Part shown: one piece after another, positions 18,693 through 28,168 of the stretch
How the letters are laid out: each line of letters begins with the position of its first letter
How positions within the stretch are numbered: the stretch's first letter is position 1
Translations under genes and position numbers: made by a program
Source: an uncultured Candidatus Binatia bacterium
Lineage (GTDB): Bacteria; Desulfobacterota; Binatia; Bin18
Reading direction: 5' to 3'
DNA length: 64,000 bases
Assembly (NCBI GenBank): GCA_965214605.1
Contig: OZ243961.1
Coordinates: 1,984,001-2,048,000 of the forward strand
The notes under the pieces: generated by a model
Databases searched by the model: none
The model's input: only the letters and a program-made list of their open reading frames with translations
What the model was told of the DNA's origin: nothing

Positions 18693-20012
18693 CTAGGGGT
18701 CGCTCCCCAAACCAGAGGCAAACGCGGGACGGGCGACCTGTAACTCCGGGGCTGTGACAGCTGCCCCAGCCCCGAAGATGAACAGTCCGATACAGCCCAC
18801 AAACGCCCAGTCATAACTTCCCATATGATCAAAAATAGCCCCGGCGATGACCGGGCCGGAAGCACCCCCAATACTGAGGCCGATCGTGCCCAGCACCCCG
18901 GCGATGGTCCCAAACGCCCGCTGACCAAAATTATGGCCGACGGTTAGAGGCCACAGCACGATCATTCCACCGTAGCCCAGACCAAACAGGGGAACGAACA
19001 GCAGCAGGCTCCAAGCCCCCAACAGGTCCAGATACATGAGAAACCCGGTCCCGGCCGCCTGCATCAGCAGACAGATCGCCAAAATGTAGTGCGGACGGGG
19101 GAAATGCTCACTAAGCCAACCGGCCGCAAAGCGTCCAGCCATGCTCATGCCCAGACTGACACCGGTAAGTGTCGCCGCCAGCTCAAGCGACTGCCCCGCG
19201 TCTTGCAGAAACGCGACCTGATGAGTGTAGACCGCCCCGGCCGCCATCAGCCCGAAGCAAAAAGCCACGCCCAAAAGCCAGAAGGTCGGGGTGAAGAGGG
19301 CTTCTTTGAGCGTTCGGTCTCTCGTCGCCGGGACGTTCTGTGTGTCAGCCGGATCAACACGGTCAGCCAAGCCGTCCGAGCCCAGCGCTTGCAGTCCCTT
19401 TTCCTCTGGGGTATTGACAACAAAGAACCAGATGAGCGGAAACATTAGGCCAAGTGACAAGAGTGCTAACGCCTGATAGGCTACCCGCCAGCTAAACTCA
19501 GCGATCAAAAATCCGCACAGCGGCACTAAGACCAGCCCTCCACCGCTGGCACCGACCAAAGCGATACCCATAGCAAGGCCCCGTTTGGCTACAAACCACT
19601 GGGTCACGACCTTGCCCACCGGCATTGGACCGATGCCGGCCAGTCCTATGCCCAAGAGCAAATACCAGCCGTAATAGCTGCTCAGATTTTCTACCGTGCT
19701 CAGGAAGAGGAGGGCTATGCCGTCGATCACCGCGCTGAGTAGAAAGACTCGTCTGGCCCCAATGTGATCGACCATCCAACCCCAACCAGGCAGAGCTAAC
19801 CCGCCGATCAGTAAGTACAGCGAGAAGGCCGTTGCGGTTTCCGCCCGTGACCAGCCAAACTCTTCGGTCAGCGGCTTGAGAAAGGTCGAAAAGGTGTAGG
19901 TGAAGCCGCCGTCAATAATCGACACAAAAAACAGGACAGCAATGATAAACCAGCCGTAGAAGAAGCGCTCAGCGCCAGTTGTTCCCTCACTGTCCGTAGC
20001 GTGTTGGTCCAT
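18693..20012 (-). CDS. MFS transporter (OFA-like)
   Basis: About 12 hydrophobic segments, FFYGWFII, GWMVDHIGAR, WFVAKRGLAMG. Confidence 0.9.
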   Translation of the reverse strand: MDQHATDSEGTTGAERFFYGWFIIAVLFFVSIIDGGFTYTFSTFLKPLTEEFGWSRAETATAFSLYLLIGGLALPGWGWMVDHIGARRVFLLSAVIDGIALLFLSTVENLSSYYGWYLLLGIGLAGIGPMPVGKVVTQWFVAKRGLAMGIALVGASGGGLVLVPLCGFLIAEFSWRVAYQALALLSLGLMFPLIWFFVVNTPEEKGLQALGSDGLADRVDPADTQNVPATRDRTLKEALFTPTFWLLGVAFCFGLMAAGAVYTHQVAFLQDAGQSLELAATLTGVSLGMSMAGRFAAGWLSEHFPRPHYILAICLLMQAAGTGFLMYLDLLGAWSLLLFVPLFGLGYGGMIVLWPLTVGHNFGQRAFGTIAGVLGTIGLSIGGASGPVIAGAIFDHMGSYDWAFVGCIGLFIFGAGAAVTAPELQVARPAFASGLGSDP

Positions 20013-20220
20013 AGTGCAGATTTAGCCGAGCCTGTGAGTGTTCTTGTGGCCGCTGGCTAGCGCCCCTCTCCGCACGTGAGTGACACTTAGGGGTCGAACG
20101 GGAGCCATCTCCTGCCACTTCCCGTCAGTCTTTGTAAAAATGGGTGTCCTAGCAATGTCTGCCATATATTTCCCCATTTTCCGCATCTCCCGGTCGTCTG
20201 GTAGCCGCTTCTTGGATTCC

Positions 20221-20731
20221 TCATAGCCGCCCGCCCACCGCGTACGCGACCAGCGGGCTGATCGGCACCAGCTGAGAGATGTTGGCCCCTAGCGGCAGTG
20301 TGTCGATATGATCCATCCACTGTGGGAAAGTTTCCCAGTCAAAGGACATCGTCTGCTGCATCGGGACTAGGGGAATCACCTCGTTGCGCGACAGTGCCAG
20401 CATGGCCCACTCGGCATCTTTGGAATGAACGGGCGCAAAGCCAAATCCACAGTTCCCTATTGTGACCGAGGTCACGCCGTGCCAGCTGCCTATGGTCAGA
20501 GGTAGGGAGCCCAGTGGATCTAGGCATCGTAGTGGGGATGGAGATCAATCTCCCCGGCGCGATGATCAGGCCGCTGGCGTCCAGCACCTTTTTGCCGTCA
20601 TTGCTCTTGAGCCGCCCGATTTGTACGATCTTGCCGTCCCTGATACCGACATCGGCACGGTAGCGTGGAACTCCGGTGCCATCGACAACCATCCCACCTT
20701 TGATGACAGTATCGAACTGTGCCCATGACAC
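20221..20731 (-). pseudogene. Truncated, frameshifted N-acyl-D-amino-acid deacylase-like amidohydrolase
   Basis: QFDTVIKGGMVVDGTG, VTSVTIGNCGFGFAPV and LALSRNE closely match the intact paralogs; several frameshifts; 3' two-thirds missing. Confidence 0.85.
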
Positions 20732-20777
20732 CCTCCTTAATAATTAGGGACAAAAAACCGGCGTGGAGTGCCTAAAC

Positions 20778-21911
20778 TCAGTTAAAATGATACACCCGAG
20801 CAGCATTCCCGCCGGCTATCTTCGCTTTTTCCTCTGCGGTGCAATCGGCCAGAATATCCTCCAGAATCTGGCGAGTGCGGGGGAACGTCGCTTCTGGATG
20901 GGGGTAATCTGAACCCCACTGCAGATTGTCCACACCAATAATGTGGCGGTGCTGGATGCCTAAGGCATCTTCCTGAAAGCCCAGAAACACGTTGCGATGG
21001 AAATACTGGCTGGGCAACATATCGCCCGGGTAGCGATCCCAGTAGCCCTTCTTGAACAAGTCACGGGCGCGCTGGGTGTAGTTATAGTCAAGCCGATCAA
21101 TGAAATGGGGCACCCACGACAGCTCCATCTCGACCGCGCCGACCTGGAGTTTTGGATAGCGGGCGAAAACGCCACTATAGATCAACTGGGCCAGCGACAT
21201 CCGAACCCAGTAGTCAGCGTTGGCCAGAAAGGCCGGAGTCAACTCGTCGAACACAAAGGTTTGGCCGGGGCCAGGCCGATTTGTCCCGATGTGAAGGCCG
21301 AGCGGCATCTCCAGGTCTTGGGCGGCGGTCCATAGCTCATCGTACTTGGGGAAATCGTAGGTCTGGCCCTCACGCGGATAACAGGTGATCATAGCCCCCG
21401 CCAGCCCCATGTTTGCGCAGCGCTCCAGCTCTTTAATGCCGGCAGGCAAATCGTCAATGTCGAGCATAGCGATGCCCTTGAGCTTGTCCGGAAACGGTTT
21501 GCAGAACTCGGCCAACCAGTCATTGTAGGCCCGGAAGATGGCTGTCATGAGTTCGCTATCGGACATAGTAAACAACAGCAACCCGACCGTCGGATAGATC
21601 ACTCCGCCGTCCACCCCGTCCAGCTCCATATCTTTAACGTGCTCCTCCGGCAGGTAACCACCGGGTCGGACGTTTTCCATGGTATCGGCGCTGCTGAGTT
21701 TTTCTGGTTCCTCAAACCGTCGGCCGGTCTGGGCCCCGGCGAAAGCGCCCATGACCTTACGACCGTCGCAGAACCACCAGTCGCTTCCGTCGTCAAGACG
21801 CACAACATGTGGGGCGCGGTCGCGCCACTTGGGCTCAACTCTCGTTGACCACAGGTCGGCCGGTTCAAAAATGTGATTGTCCGAGGAGATGATCCTATAG
21901 GTATCCGTCAT
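20778..21911 (-). CDS. Amidohydrolase_2 family protein
   Basis: ISSDNHIFEP, PLGLHIGT, WGSDYPH. Confidence 0.92.
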   Translation of the reverse strand: MTDTYRIISSDNHIFEPADLWSTRVEPKWRDRAPHVVRLDDGSDWWFCDGRKVMGAFAGAQTGRRFEEPEKLSSADTMENVRPGGYLPEEHVKDMELDGVDGGVIYPTVGLLLFTMSDSELMTAIFRAYNDWLAEFCKPFPDKLKGIAMLDIDDLPAGIKELERCANMGLAGAMITCYPREGQTYDFPKYDELWTAAQDLEMPLGLHIGTNRPGPGQTFVFDELTPAFLANADYWVRMSLAQLIYSGVFARYPKLQVGAVEMELSWVPHFIDRLDYNYTQRARDLFKKGYWDRYPGDMLPSQYFHRNVFLGFQEDALGIQHRHIIGVDNLQWGSDYPHPEATFPRTRQILEDILADCTAEEKAKIAGGNAARVYHFN

Positions 21912-21930
21912 AGTCCCTCCTTATGTCGTA

Positions 21931-21970
21931 AAGAGTGTCGGGGCGGTTGGCTAACCGCCCCGACACTCTT
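21931..21970. repeat. Perfect 18-bp inverted repeat (REP-like or terminator hairpin)
   Basis: AAGAGTGTCGGGGCGGTT-GGCT-AACCGCCCCGACACTCTT. Confidence 0.8.
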
Positions 21971-21996
21971 CGGACTCCTCCCAGACGGCGAGGCTG

Positions 21997-22419
21997 CTAC
22001 AGTTCGGGCGGAGCCAGAATCGTGAAGCCAAAGAAGGGCTCACTGCTAGTGCGCAGAGTATGCGGGGCGCCGGCCGGAATCATCAGCACATCACCGGCCT
22101 TGAGATCTTGTTCTTTGCCTGACACCCGGGCGGTTGCACCGCCATCAATCACGTAAATAATCTGATCACCTTTGTGAGTATTCTCGGTGTCGTTGCTATA
22201 GTTGGCGGGCAGAGTAAATACGACCGTTTGGCTCTGCTCGGTTTCTTGCAGCTTCTTGACCGATTGGTCCTTATAATCGAACACGTTCGCCACATCGAGA
22301 CCATTCACCCCGTTCGCTGCGCCAAGCTCATTCATCTGAGCCTCAAACAGCTCATCCGAAATGAGCCCTTTCCGGTATGCCTTGAGGAGCTGCTGCACCT
22401 CAAAATCTTGTGTTGCCAT
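21997..22419 (-). CDS. Cupin domain protein with a short N-terminal helical module
   Basis: THKGDQIIYVIDG...LKAGDVLMIPAGAPH. Confidence 0.85.
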   Translation of the reverse strand: MATQDFEVQQLLKAYRKGLISDELFEAQMNELGAANGVNGLDVANVFDYKDQSVKKLQETEQSQTVVFTLPANYSNDTENTHKGDQIIYVIDGGATARVSGKEQDLKAGDVLMIPAGAPHTLRTSSEPFFGFTILAPPEL

Positions 22420-22718
22420 ACTGCTTCTCCTTTCTCTGCGAGCTTATCACCGCCATACTCCCGGAGCAGGGCAAAAGTCAAGACTTCCCTGACTGCGACA
22501 CCGGGGCGGTTTTTAGCAGTCCGGAAAATCGGCCTTTTTCTCGTCTTCTTGTTGCCGGAGCGCTTGATCCCCAATACACCGCTTTTACCTTGCCAGCCCT
22601 GATGCGTCTCTTGCTTCACATCCCGATTCCGCCTACCTTGCCGGCTTAGTTAGTTGCCCGTAGCGTCTGGCCGCTCCGTGGAAAAAATGAGCGCTCCAAC
22701 TCAATAATGAGGATAAAC

Positions 22719-23246
22719 ATGCGAAAATTTCGTCTCGCCCCAGCCTATCATACCGAACCGATTGTTTTCGGCTCCCAAGGACCGGCCTTCTCAACGCTAC
22801 GAATCGGCCAATGGGTGACCTATATGAAAGAGCAGGGCATCAAACGCGTCTGCTGCCTCCTGCATCAAGACCAGCTCCGCTCCTACAAGGAAAACCTGCT
22901 AGCCGTATACACCAAAGAGTTTGGATCGCACAATGTGTGTTGGGCTCCGATCGCTGACTACCACCTGTGCGACGTGGGTCTGCTCAAAGAACGGATTCTG
23001 CCCTTTCTCAAGGAGTCGGATCAAAACGACCAACCGGTGGTGGTCCACTGTTATGGGGGACGCGGACGGGCTGGCCAGATTCTGGCCGCATGGCTGATCT
23101 TTGGCCGGGGATTTCCGGTTACAGATGCCATCGCAGCAGTCAAAGAAATGGGCCGTAATCCCCATGAAGCGGCCGATTGGGGCAACGCCGAACCCGAGGA
23201 CTTGTACACCTTGCTAGAAGCCTGTCAATCCAGTCCGATTGTCTAG
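22719..23246 (+). CDS. Dual-specificity/tyrosine protein phosphatase
   Basis: VVVHCYGGRGRAG (CX5R) motif and PIADY acid loop. Confidence 0.88.
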   Translation: MRKFRLAPAYHTEPIVFGSQGPAFSTLRIGQWVTYMKEQGIKRVCCLLHQDQLRSYKENLLAVYTKEFGSHNVCWAPIADYHLCDVGLLKERILPFLKESDQNDQPVVVHCYGGRGRAGQILAAWLIFGRGFPVTDAIAAVKEMGRNPHEAADWGNAEPEDLYTLLEACQSSPIV

Positions 23247-23367
23247 CGCCGAACCGGACGGCGGGAAAAATGAACGCTCGGCTCAACGCTTGACAGACTC
23301 CGATCAAGTATTCCATGCTGACGGTAGAAAGCCAGAACTAACAATGCTCACAATTAAGGAGGACGTT

Positions 23368-25116
23368 ATGGCTGAGTTTGATGTCATTATCAAAGATGGT
23401 ACCATTATCGACGGCACCCGTGTGCCGCGCTACAGGGGCGACGTTGGCATCAGAGATGGGAAGATTGCCAAAATAGGCCGTCTGAGCACCAGCGATGCCA
23501 AAAAGGTGTTAGATGCCAGGGGGCTGATTGTCGCCCCAGGCGGTATAGACCTACACACCCACTACGATGCTCAGCTACACTGGGACCCGTATCTGACCAT
23601 TTCCAGCTGGCATGGCGTGACCTCCGTCACAATCGGCAATTGCGGATTTGGGTTTGCCCCGGTGCACCCCAAGGATACTGAGCGAGCCATGTTGGCTTTG
23701 TCTCGAAATGAAGCCATCCCGATGGAGCCGATGCAGGTGTCCATGGCCTGGGACTGGGAAACCTTCCCCCAATATATGGATCGCATCAACGCCCTCCCCA
23801 AAGGCGTTAACATCTCCCATCTGTTCCCCCTAGGTCCCGCTGTCGCCTATGCGCTAGGCAGCTTTGACGAGGCCAAAAAGCGGTTTCCAAATGAAAAGGA
23901 AACCCAGGAAATTATTCGCTTGATGCACGAAGCGATGGATGCGGGGGCCAACGGCTGGTCGGCCCAGCAGCTGGTTCCGGGTGGCTCATCATCGGTCCAG
24001 CGCGACTTTGACGGCACGCCGATGATCACTGATATGCTCCCGGACGAGTTCTATATCGCTCTAGCCCGGGGGCTGAGTCAGCGTAACGGTGAGGGCTGCA
24101 TCCAGTTTACTCGATCAACAGTCGGGGTCGACGATCCGCGAGCAGGCATGCACAACGACTTTGATTTCAACGCCTTGCTGTCTGAAGAGAGCGGCTGTTC
24201 AGTCCTGTTTAACGCCGTGGCTGTCAATGACAAATACCCATATGTCTACCGTGCCCAGCTACGCTGGCTGGCCGAAGCTAACAAGAAGGGCACCCAGATC
24301 TTTGGACAGGCGGCCACGGCTCGGGCGCCCAACCGTATTACGTTCGAGGACTGGAACCTGTTTGACGATAGTGACGCGTGGCGTGAGGCGACCACAGGGA
24401 CGGTTGAAGAAAAGAAGGCCAAACTAGCCGATCCACGGCTCCGCCGGGAAATGCGTGAAGAGTACGACGCTGGTACCAAGTCGCGCGACTTCCTGTTTGG
24501 CGAACTAACAGAATTCATCGCCCGCAAGGTGCACAATTCAGCTCTGAAGGACAAGTACGAGGGTCTGTCGGTTGCCCAGATCGCCGAGAAGGAAGGCAAG
24601 CATGTTATTGATGCGATGTTGGATGTCTCGGTCGCGGACAATATCAAGACAGAATGGGCCGGGCCAGTGCTCAACCAAGATGTCGAAAACTACCGCGAGA
24701 TCATGGCTTCGCCCTACACCCTGCCGGGAGTATCCGACGGCGGGGCGCACATCAAGTTCATCACCCCTGGAACCTATTCAACCGACATGTTGGCCTGGAT
24801 GGTGCGTGATTCCGAAATCATGACCTTAGAAGAAGCTCACTTCCGGCTGAGTGGTTTGACCTCCTGGGCAGCCCGGATTAAAGACCGAGGCACCATACGC
24901 GAAGGGATGGCTGCAGATATCATTGTGTACGACCTGGAAAATCTCAAGATTCTGCCCTCAGAAGTCGCGCATGATCTGCCAGCTAATGAGTGGCGGCGGA
25001 TCCAGAAAGCCGAAGGCTATCGCTGGATCATGGTCAACGGTGAGGTGACCTTCGAAGACGGTCACTGCACCAATGCCACGCCGGGCGTCCTGCTGCGCAA
25101 CGGCGTGTCCGCCTAA
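23368..25116 (+). CDS. N-acyl-D-amino-acid deacylase-like amidohydrolase
   Basis: DLHTHYDAQ, GNCGFG, SDGGAH; AGGAGG RBS. Confidence 0.9.
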   Translation: MAEFDVIIKDGTIIDGTRVPRYRGDVGIRDGKIAKIGRLSTSDAKKVLDARGLIVAPGGIDLHTHYDAQLHWDPYLTISSWHGVTSVTIGNCGFGFAPVHPKDTERAMLALSRNEAIPMEPMQVSMAWDWETFPQYMDRINALPKGVNISHLFPLGPAVAYALGSFDEAKKRFPNEKETQEIIRLMHEAMDAGANGWSAQQLVPGGSSSVQRDFDGTPMITDMLPDEFYIALARGLSQRNGEGCIQFTRSTVGVDDPRAGMHNDFDFNALLSEESGCSVLFNAVAVNDKYPYVYRAQLRWLAEANKKGTQIFGQAATARAPNRITFEDWNLFDDSDAWREATTGTVEEKKAKLADPRLRREMREEYDAGTKSRDFLFGELTEFIARKVHNSALKDKYEGLSVAQIAEKEGKHVIDAMLDVSVADNIKTEWAGPVLNQDVENYREIMASPYTLPGVSDGGAHIKFITPGTYSTDMLAWMVRDSEIMTLEEAHFRLSGLTSWAARIKDRGTIREGMAADIIVYDLENLKILPSEVAHDLPANEWRRIQKAEGYRWIMVNGEVTFEDGHCTNATPGVLLRNGVSA

Positions 25117-25156
25117 GCCCCCCTAAAGGCGATCCCGGTCCTCCCCTCTCCCCAAT

Positions 25157-25187
25157 AGGGCCGAAGAGAAAATATCTCTTCGGCCCT
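25157..25187 (+). terminator. Putative intrinsic terminator hairpin
   Basis: AGGGCCGAAGAGA-AAATA-TCTCTTCGGCCCT (13-bp stem) downstream of the stop. Confidence 0.6.
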
Positions 25188-25334
25188 CATTTCTCCGACG
25201 ATTGCCACCCTATGTGTTGAACAACTATAGGAGACGGATACTGTCTGGCTATTCAGCTGTGTATGAATGGAGGAGGCCTGCCGGGGTGGAGAACTTTTTT
25301 CAAGAGATGAAGAGGCAAATTTTGAACCAATAAG

Positions 25335-25719
25335 GGAGCGACGCTGGGATCCAATCGACTCCCGTCTTCTTCCTCAAACCCGAAAAGCTCTCAATGCCGC
25401 GCGGTGCTCCAGAGGCTAAAGTTCCGCACTCAGGTGCTTCAGTACGCTATTTTGCGCCACTGTGGAGGGGAGGGCATCGGTGGACCGCCAGGTCTCAAGG
25501 GAGTCCCTCACGCGTCCTCCACGCGGTGACGGGGAGGAGAAGACTCAATCAAGGACCATCTCCAGGTGTTGGGTCGCCTCATTCCCCTCAAATAGTGTCG
25601 TTTGGCCTGGCGTCGGGAAATTCTCGACCCGGACCCGTGCACCCGCCCCCCTCACAAACTCCTCCCCGGCAGTCGCCACCTCGAACGTGCTTCGGGAAAA
25701 CTCCGCCCCGCCATCATAA
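25335..25719. repeat. Dispersed duplication, copy A: orphan 3' end of the protease gene plus its downstream flank
   Basis: 25501-25719 matches 50454-50672 with 7 substitutions by eye; 25335-25457 matches 50296-50420 more loosely. Confidence 0.9.
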
Positions 25720-26160
25720 TTGCAGTGATATTTTCAATAGGCTGACGACTCTGTTAGGAGAAGAAGGAGTTTTCGATTGCCTTCTGCAACGGCCTTCATA
25801 AGAAGCCGGTGTCGGTTTTGACCCCTGGTCCGTCCATCGGGGAATATGTGGCCTCAGGAGGCGGCAGGTTTCAGCACAGTGGTCAATCTCTTCACTCCCC
25901 GCACTCTGACTTGGGCATGAGCTTTAGCCCCATCTTCCCGGCTTTGCATGGGAAGCCGGACCCTCCGATGCCCATATGACTGTCGGCCGCCTGTGCTCGG
26001 GACGACGAAAACCGACAGACGGCACAGGGGTTTCCTCATCGTCGTCCAACCAGATTTTTTTGCGCCCCGGCTTCAGAAAGCAGGGAACGGACTCCGGGGT
26101 GGGATTCCACATGCAACTTTCTTCCTGTACTCCCGGATGACTCACCTAGTGCGCCGTATC

Positions 26161-27282
26161 CTATTTTAGTCCGGCAAAATACTCGTTGAGCGCCCGGAGC
26201 AATTCGGGCCGGTCGCTCTGGAACAGGCTCCGCCCCAAACGCTCCGCAACAGCAGCGGCCACATAGCTGGCAAAAACATGGTAGACCAAGGGCGAAAATT
26301 CCTCGCGCGCCTCGCCCTGTACGGGTAATACAGCGTGGGCATGACGGGTGACCTCGGCATCGTCCTTGTGGGTTACCGCAATGACCTGCCGGCCCAAGCC
26401 TCGTGCTGTGGCCGCCACCTCACCCGCCCGCCAATAGGAGCGGCCAGGGGGGGCGAGCACGAAGACGGGCATATCAACAGGATAGGCAAACCGCTCAACA
26501 TGCCACCACTCTTCCAAGTCCTGCCCCATGGCAAAAACGCCCGCCGCTTCGATCATCTTGGCCGCACTGAACAGAGCGGTACCATAGCTCGGCCCACTGC
26601 CCAACACCATCAGTGTGGGGCTGGCGGCAATGCGATCCGCCACCTCATAACAGCGTTCCTTTATGGCATCAGTGGTAGCATCCACAATATCGGCCAGTGC
26701 GACAAGTTCTTGGCGCAAGCTGTCCGCCTCGTGCTGAGCATATTTGCTCTGCCTCTCACCCAACTCAATCGCTACTAACAGCAGACCTATCAGGCTGGCC
26801 TGGTAGGTGCGAATCCCCGGGGAGCGTTCTTTTTGTGGCAATTCGACCACAATGGTGCGGTCTGCTACCTGTGTCGCCGCGCTGTTAGGCGTTCCGGTCA
26901 AGGCCACGGTTAAGACTCCGTGTTCTTTGGCACGTTCGAGGGCCTGCACCACGCGTCTGCTGCCACCCGAGGCCGAGATCGCAAGGAGCAAGGTTTGGGG
27001 CGGCGAAGCGGGACGCATCCATACCGAGCCATAGTCCAGGAAACGCTGCGCGCTCATTGGTTGACAGCTCACATCGGCGATCGTTTCAAAAGCCATTTCG
27101 GCGGCACACGAGGCGTGGTATGAATCCCCGTCCCCGGTCAGGTATACTTTTCTCACGGCCGTCCATTCTGCAGGGCTGAGGACAGGCCGAATCTGCTGAT
27201 CAAACGGGCGGGTCAGCCGTCGCAAATCGCCGGCTAAGCCTTCAACCTGCCTGGCCATCACCTCCGGTTTGAGTGGCTCCAT
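26161..27282 (-). CDS. Double SIS-domain protein (GlmS/FrlB-like sugar isomerase or deglycase)
   Basis: YLTGDGDS, AISASG, LGSGPSYGTA...KMIEA, EEWWH. Confidence 0.85.
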   Translation of the reverse strand: MEPLKPEVMARQVEGLAGDLRRLTRPFDQQIRPVLSPAEWTAVRKVYLTGDGDSYHASCAAEMAFETIADVSCQPMSAQRFLDYGSVWMRPASPPQTLLLAISASGGSRRVVQALERAKEHGVLTVALTGTPNSAATQVADRTIVVELPQKERSPGIRTYQASLIGLLLVAIELGERQSKYAQHEADSLRQELVALADIVDATTDAIKERCYEVADRIAASPTLMVLGSGPSYGTALFSAAKMIEAAGVFAMGQDLEEWWHVERFAYPVDMPVFVLAPPGRSYWRAGEVAATARGLGRQVIAVTHKDDAEVTRHAHAVLPVQGEAREEFSPLVYHVFASYVAAAVAERLGRSLFQSDRPELLRALNEYFAGLK

Positions 27283-27310
27283 GGCTGCATCCTTGTATCG
27301 CCAGAGCGTG

Positions 27311-28114
27311 TCATTCTAGGCCCCGCACGATATCGACATACGCCTTCACCCGCTCAATATCGATCTGGCCACCCCAACCATCGCGCTCAAGGCAGGTACC
27401 CACAAATGCCCCGTCCGCCGCCGCCATCAGGCGTGAGACGTTCTCGTGGTTGGTGTAACCGGCCAAAATGATGGGCAGACCCGGCACGGCTCTGCGCACT
27501 GAGGCGATCATCTGCCGCGTTATATTTTCGTCAGGGTTCCCCAAGGACACGGCGTCCGCCCCAACATATTTCGCACTACGTGCCACCTCCGCAGTTGGTT
27601 TTGCTTCACCGAACCATTTGAACTGCATGGAGTCGACCTCGGCAATGACTTTGATACTCCCGGCATTGATCTTGTTGCGATACTCCATCACCTCGAGCGG
27701 ATTGGCCTCAACCATGCCGTGCGCGGTCAGGGTCATGCCCACTACTGTACCAGCCCGAATAAAGCTTCCCCCCGCTACCTTTGCCACTGCCAACGAAGCC
27801 TTCAGCGCATTGCGCATCAGCTGCACTCCGACCTGGAACTCGCCACCTGTGGCTTGGACGATGGCTTGAACGATCAAGCTCATTGCGGCTGTGCGCGCCG
27901 GGTCGGATTCGTCTTTGACACTGTAGATGCGGTCTACCGTCTGGACCAAGCATCCATCGGCCCCTCCGTCGTAGAGAGCCCGTGCCGACTCAATGGCGAC
28001 ATTAAGGGTCTGGTTGAAACTGCCCTCTTTATAAAACAGCGTACCGGGTAGGGGTTGGAGATGAATCATGCCCAGTACAGCTTTGCGTCTGCCAAGAATG
28101 GTAAAATCTCGCAT
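27311..28114 (-). CDS. BtpA/SgcQ family TIM-barrel protein
   Basis: GMIHLQPLPG, GADG, VGVQLMRN, ADGAFVGT. Confidence 0.85.
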   Translation of the reverse strand: MRDFTILGRRKAVLGMIHLQPLPGTLFYKEGSFNQTLNVAIESARALYDGGADGCLVQTVDRIYSVKDESDPARTAAMSLIVQAIVQATGGEFQVGVQLMRNALKASLAVAKVAGGSFIRAGTVVGMTLTAHGMVEANPLEVMEYRNKINAGSIKVIAEVDSMQFKWFGEAKPTAEVARSAKYVGADAVSLGNPDENITRQMIASVRRAVPGLPIILAGYTNHENVSRLMAAADGAFVGTCLERDGWGGQIDIERVKAYVDIVRGLE

Positions 28115-28168
28115 ACCGAGCCCTCCCCAATGTCCACCCAAAGTTCCAGTAGATGCTGAATTGCGGCT

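Noticed and set aside
25501-25719. Diversity-generating retroelement TR/VR pair with 50454-50672
   Set aside because: Mismatches are not adenine-specific on either strand (only AAC/GGC fits), and no reverse transcriptase is in the window.
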